Virus record (IMG/VR): IMGVR_UViG_3300032225_000732
Coordinates: 1-40,266 of that record
DNA length: 40,266 nt
Direction: 5' to 3' (one strand)
Source of the DNA: a virus
Taxonomy: Duplodnaviria; Caudoviricetes
Numbering within the stretch: the first letter of the stretch is position 1; the number at the start of each line of letters is the position of its first letter. A program made the position numbers and the translations under genes. Below, in pieces: positions 36,972 through 40,266 of the stretch. The notes under the pieces were generated by a model. That model was given only the letters and a program-made list of their open reading frames with translations, ran no database searches and was not told the DNA's origin.

Positions 36972-37174
36972 GGCTTCATCAGCAGCAGCTCTAGGCGAGC
37001 AATCTCATTTGTCGCCTGCTGGAGCAATGCCTGTTGTAAGTTCCAAGAACGGTAGAGCGATGCCGCAAGTGGCCCGACGTTTTGGGTAATCTCAAGACGC
37101 CGGGCCATTACCTCAATTTTTAGTTGATCCTCGGTTGCAACCCTTGGAATCATCCACTGCCCGAATTGTTCCAC
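36968..37174 (-). CDS. NblA-like two-helix protein (tentative)
   Basis: TEDQLKIEVMARRL..ASLYRSW..QQALLQQ resembles the NblA pattern; GTG 37174 or ATG 37198 start. Confidence 0.45.
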   Translation of the reverse strand: MEQFGQWMIPRVATEDQLKIEVMARRLEITQNVGPLAASLYRSWNLQQALLQQATNEIARLELLLMKP

Positions 37175-37206
37175 TTTTGAGGAGCAGATTGCTCCCATGA
37201 TGCCCG

Positions 37207-37509
37207 ATGAATTGCCCGAATTGCCGTAGCAAGAACCACCGGATACCAGTGACCAACGGGCACCTGCCTAATGAGGTGGTGCGCAAACGGGTATGCAGTG
37301 ACTGCAACACGCTGTGGTTTACGGTCGAGGTGCGTGTGCCGGACTACGCCATTGGCTGGTCTGATCACCACCAGCACAAGCCGGTGCTGCGGACTTCGAT
37401 CACGCTGGAGCCAAGCTTTGTCGAGGCTGCTGACGTGATGGACAACCTAGCCAAGGCCAATGCCGCCATCCAGAAAAAAGCAGCGCTTAAGTACGGTGAA
37501 GATTTGTGA
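37207..37509 (+). CDS. NrdR-like zinc-ribbon protein
   Basis: MNCPNC..VVRKRVCSDCNTLWFTVE; no ATP-cone recognised. Confidence 0.7.
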   Translation: MNCPNCRSKNHRIPVTNGHLPNEVVRKRVCSDCNTLWFTVEVRVPDYAIGWSDHHQHKPVLRTSITLEPSFVEAADVMDNLAKANAAIQKKAALKYGEDL

Positions 37510-37516
37510 CACGCCA

Positions 37517-37568
37517 TTGACCCACGCCGCAGGTGGTGTATAGTACCGGGACAGGAGCAAGCCTCCTG
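37517..37568 (+). promoter_or_regulatory. Sigma70-type early promoter with 5' hairpin
   Basis: TTGACC(37517-22)-16-TATAGT(37539-44), then CAGGAG-CAAGC-CTCCTG (37552-68). Confidence 0.6.
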
Positions 37569-37589
37569 CATCCAATCAAATCCAATCCA

Positions 37590-37733
37590 ATGATTAACAA
37601 TCCCATCATCAACCGCCTTGCTGTGATCGTCCTGATGTTTGCGGTCTACGCAGCAGGCGTCAGCGGTGGCCGTGAACAGACTGTGCTCAGTGCTCAAGGT
37701 GAACCCGTCTGCCAGCAGGTGCTCAAGCCATGA
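37590..37733 (+). CDS. Early small membrane/secreted protein
   Basis: ATG ends TCCAATCCAATG; N-terminal hydrophobic helix. Confidence 0.6.
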   Translation: MINNPIINRLAVIVLMFAVYAAGVSGGREQTVLSAQGEPVCQQVLKP

Positions 37734-37906
37734 CTTTGCGCAACTACTATTTTCGCATCCGTGACGCCAACGTCTACGAGTGTATCAAAGCCACCAGCTG
37801 GCTTGAAGCCAAAGCCATTGCCACCGAGGAATGGCTGCCCTACTGGAACCAGATTGAATGGCTCACACCTACTGACCACCATCAAGTAAAACTCCCCAAT
37901 GTCTAA
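37730..37906 (+). CDS. Hypothetical protein (58 aa)
   Basis: MTLRNYYFRIRDANVYECIKA..; ATGA overlap; absent from the ORF track. Confidence 0.55.
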   Translation: MTLRNYYFRIRDANVYECIKATSWLEAKAIATEEWLPYWNQIEWLTPTDHHQVKLPNV

Positions 37907-38126
37907 CATCCAAGGTGCGCTGCTCCTGTGGCGCGAAGACGACCACGCTCGCTACGGCGAAGGCATCAGCCGACCCGTGCCTAAATCCCGGACCAAGTTG
38001 TACACCTTGATCGTCTACAAGTCCGGCTCAATGCCAATGACCATGACGATGCGTGCCGAAAACAAAGCAGCGGCGATTACCTACGCCCAGAACCGCTGGC
38101 CCAGTGCAACAGTAGAAGCGATGTAA
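37899..38126 (+). CDS. Hypothetical protein
   Basis: 75-aa ORF, tightly packed. Confidence 0.6.
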   Translation: MSNIQGALLLWREDDHARYGEGISRPVPKSRTKLYTLIVYKSGSMPMTMTMRAENKAAAITYAQNRWPSATVEAM

Positions 38127-38419
38127 TGACCAAGATCTCCCCGGAGGCTGTCCGCGACATCCTTCTATCGCCTGAGACCCACAAGATCATGGCTGAGCGG
38201 CATGGTGTTTCTCGTCAAACCGTTGAGCAGATACGCTTTGGCGTAGGTCATAAAAAGTTATTTCCTGAGATCCCTCGGCGAAATTCCTTTACACAGCATT
38301 CCTGTGAATACTGTGCCTTGTGGCTCAAGGGCAAATGCTCCCTAGATTTTCCAGAACCAGCACAAAACCTTTTCTTTGCTGGGGAATGCAACATCTTTAC
38401 TAAAACATCCAATGATTGA
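38126..38419 (+). CDS. HTH + 4-Cys domain protein
   Basis: MAERHGVSRQTVEQIR (HTH); CEYCALW..CSLDFPE..C. Confidence 0.7.
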   Translation: MTKISPEAVRDILLSPETHKIMAERHGVSRQTVEQIRFGVGHKKLFPEIPRRNSFTQHSCEYCALWLKGKCSLDFPEPAQNLFFAGECNIFTKTSND

Positions 38420-38588
38420 TCACCTGAACCGCCTTCAAGCACTGGTAAGTGATTCCGGCCTGTTCAATGCTGGCCGTGAGCATGAACGTGAACACATCAA
38501 GGCTTTGATCCGTGTCCGCATGGATCAACTGCACCACAATTCGATAGCGTGGCAGGAGTGCCGCAACCTGTACAACATCATCAAATGA
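38412..38588 (+). CDS. Hypothetical protein
   Basis: MIDHLNRL..AGREHERE..; operon packing. Confidence 0.55.
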   Translation: MIDHLNRLQALVSDSGLFNAGREHEREHIKALIRVRMDQLHHNSIAWQECRNLYNIIK

Positions 38589-38848
38589 AGCAAGCCGACC
38601 TAGACAACCGCCGCCACCAAATGATGGAAGCGCTCTATGCACGCAGTGGTCGCACCTGTAACACCTATACGGGATTGTGGGATGAATTTGCCCATGACCT
38701 TGCCAACAACACGCGGGATGTCGAGTATGAGGAGCTTTTCAATGCTGTTTGCCTTGCCATGAGCGACACCCAGTCGGTGCTGGTGGAGAAGCACGCGCAG
38801 CAAGCTATCCAGGTTGTCCGCCTCTATATCCTAGGCAAATGGGCCTAG
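38585..38848 (+). CDS. Hypothetical protein
   Basis: ATGA overlap; MEALYARSGR..TYTGLW. Confidence 0.6.
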   Translation: MKQADLDNRRHQMMEALYARSGRTCNTYTGLWDEFAHDLANNTRDVEYEELFNAVCLAMSDTQSVLVEKHAQQAIQVVRLYILGKWA

Positions 38849-38878
38849 TACACTGCTGTAAGTCTTCACAAAATCAAC

Positions 38879-39127
38879 ATGAATGAACCCTTTTTCAAGT
38901 CCTATCTTCTTAGTCGTAACTTTCTGCTTGAGGACATTAAAACCCTTAACAATGCAGAGCTGGACACTCTGAATATCGAAACCATGGCTGCCCTTGAGGA
39001 AGCGCGGTATCAGTACGCACGAGTGGATGACAAGACCACAGCAGAGGCTGGGCCAGTCTTTGCTCGGATGAAAATTGCTGGTTACTTTCAAGCTGCGATC
39101 AAGTTGGAGCTGGAAACTGATGACTGA
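38879..39127 (+). CDS. Hypothetical protein
   Basis: Preceded by TACACT -10 hexamer at 38849-38854. Confidence 0.6.
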   Translation: MNEPFFKSYLLSRNFLLEDIKTLNNAELDTLNIETMAALEEARYQYARVDDKTTAEAGPVFARMKIAGYFQAAIKLELETDD

Positions 39128-39335
39128 TCTGATAAACCATCCACCGCATTACAACGACGGATCTGTCGAATGCATCGACGCAATCGAAGCGCAGCTGACG
39201 TCAGAAGAGTACAGAGGCTACCTGAAAGGGAACATTGCCAAGTATGTCTGGCGTGAGCGGCATAAAGGCGGGCCAGAATCACTGAAGAAGGCACAGTGGT
39301 ATTTGAACCTACTTATTGGCCACCTAGAACCATGA
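39120..39335 (+). CDS. DUF3310 protein (T7 gp1.7-like nucleotide kinase family)
   Basis: INHPPHY..ECIDAI..GNIAKYVWR..KGGPESLKKAQWYL. Confidence 0.85.
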   Translation: MTDLINHPPHYNDGSVECIDAIEAQLTSEEYRGYLKGNIAKYVWRERHKGGPESLKKAQWYLNLLIGHLEP

Positions 39336-39568
39336 GCGCCCCATTTCTTACTTGGCTTGAAAACTGCGCTGTGCGTTTTTTGATGTCAAGCCCACGGGTT
39401 GGTTTTATTGCAGTCAAGCACCACAGCTTCAACCATATGTACGTTGTGCAAGACGCAACAGATCCTCAGGTTGGCGCAATTATGCATGAGCTGACTGAGC
39501 CACCTGAGCCGCTGTCGATGCAGCTAGAACGGTTGTATCACGAGCCAGCGTATGGAGAAAGTGAATGA
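39332..39568 (+). CDS. Hypothetical protein
   Basis: ATGA overlaps at both ends. Confidence 0.55.
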   Translation: MSAPFLTWLENCAVRFLMSSPRVGFIAVKHHSFNHMYVVQDATDPQVGAIMHELTEPPEPLSMQLERLYHEPAYGESE

Positions 39569-39945
39569 TTGTTCTCTACAGCGGCAGGGTAATTGTTGAA
39601 CGCTTGAGGTTGTCCGACAACTGGCGGGCCAAGATTCGCTTGCCAGGTCGTCCTGAAACAATCCTTGACCTCTGTACGTCAGACGTGCGAGAGGCATACA
39701 TCCGTGCGCAGTACCACTATCTGGCACTACGCAAAAACCAACCAATCGAAGAAATTGAATCCGAATTTCATGGAAAAGCCAAATGCTGGTCTTGTATCCA
39801 TTGGTTACCACGCGGCAACGAATGCAGTCTTGGGTTCCCCGAGGCACGGCAGAATGGGGGGCGCTTTGCCGCACGTTGCGGATTGTATGACGATGGAAAG
39901 GAAGGTGCTGGAGCGAATGGACCGGGGCGATGGCCGCTGGATTGA
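39565..39945 (+). CDS. Hypothetical protein with 4-Cys domain
   Basis: CWSCIHW..CSLGFPE..C. Confidence 0.6.
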   Translation: MIVLYSGRVIVERLRLSDNWRAKIRLPGRPETILDLCTSDVREAYIRAQYHYLALRKNQPIEEIESEFHGKAKCWSCIHWLPRGNECSLGFPEARQNGGRFAARCGLYDDGKEGAGANGPGRWPLD

Positions 39946-40063
39946 ACTGTTAGATCACAGTTTTGGCGAAGAACCGCTCTATCGTGCCTGCGGTCAAAAC
40001 GGTGCCCTTTGCCGGTACACCAACGATCTTTGGCAGGCTGAGATTTACGTGCAGTATTACTGA
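39887..40063 (+). CDS. Hypothetical protein
   Basis: MTMERKVLERMDRGDGRWIELL..; converges on the HNH stop. Confidence 0.5.
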   Translation: MTMERKVLERMDRGDGRWIELLDHSFGEEPLYRACGQNGALCRYTNDLWQAEIYVQYY

Positions 40064-40266
40064 GTAAGCCACGAATCAATGGCTTCCTCGCGGGTCACAT
40101 TGTAAAACGCCTGGCCGCGAAACCACTCGCGCCAATCACGGTGACCCTTGCTGCCGTTGCAGGTGATACAAGCGCCACAGAGGTTCTCTGGTACGGTCAG
40201 GCCGCCCAGCACCTTGGGGATGATGTGGTCAAGCGTGGCGCTACGGGGGCCAAGCTGCTCGTTGCA
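40057..40266 (-). CDS. HNH endonuclease, 3' part (gene starts at 234 across the junction)
   Basis: ..CITCNGSKGHRDWREWFRGQAFY..IDSWLTQ* with TAA at 40057-40059. Confidence 0.85.
   Translation of the reverse strand, partial: CNEQLGPRSATLDHIIPKVLGGLTVPENLCGACITCNGSKGHRDWREWFRGQAFYNVTREEAIDSWLTQ
40144..40266. repeat. Terminal direct repeat (copy 2)
   Basis: Identical to 1-123. Confidence 0.95.

Noticed and set aside
1-40266. tRNA, rRNA, CRISPR arrays, introns/inteins, alternative genetic code
   Set aside because: None recognised by eye; core genes are of normal length and read through in the standard code; a tRNAscan/Infernal run would be needed to exclude RNAs formally

Overview
The window is an apparently complete, circularly permuted genome of a lambda-like siphovirus. 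Bases 1-123 are identical to 40144-40266, giving a unit length of 40,143 bp. Gene content and promoter style suggest a picocyanobacterial (Synechococcus/Cyanobium-like) host; this is an inference. The minus strand carries the packaging, head, neck, tail, tail-tip, fibre and lysis genes, plus dCTP deaminase and a replication block (SF2 helicase, VRR-NUC, primase-polymerase/VirE). The plus strand carries RecE/RecT-like recombination genes, an inserted HNH-AP2 endonuclease and many small early genes. I recognised no integrase, replicative family A/B DNA polymerase, tRNA, CRISPR array or reverse transcriptase. Main observations: (1) a candidate programmed -1 frameshift (A AAA AAG) in the holin-like gene, opening an 86-aa extension that ends in an ATGA overlap with the endolysin start; (2) a gpL tail-tip protein with four bulb-type lectin domains nested inside one another between its two Cys pairs; (3) an NblA-like gene divergent from an NrdR-like zinc ribbon; (4) two tandem tail-tube paralogues; (5) upstream stop codons that double as -10 promoter hexamers throughout the genome; (6) an iteron-like origin candidate. 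All product calls come from motif recognition and synteny, not database searches.
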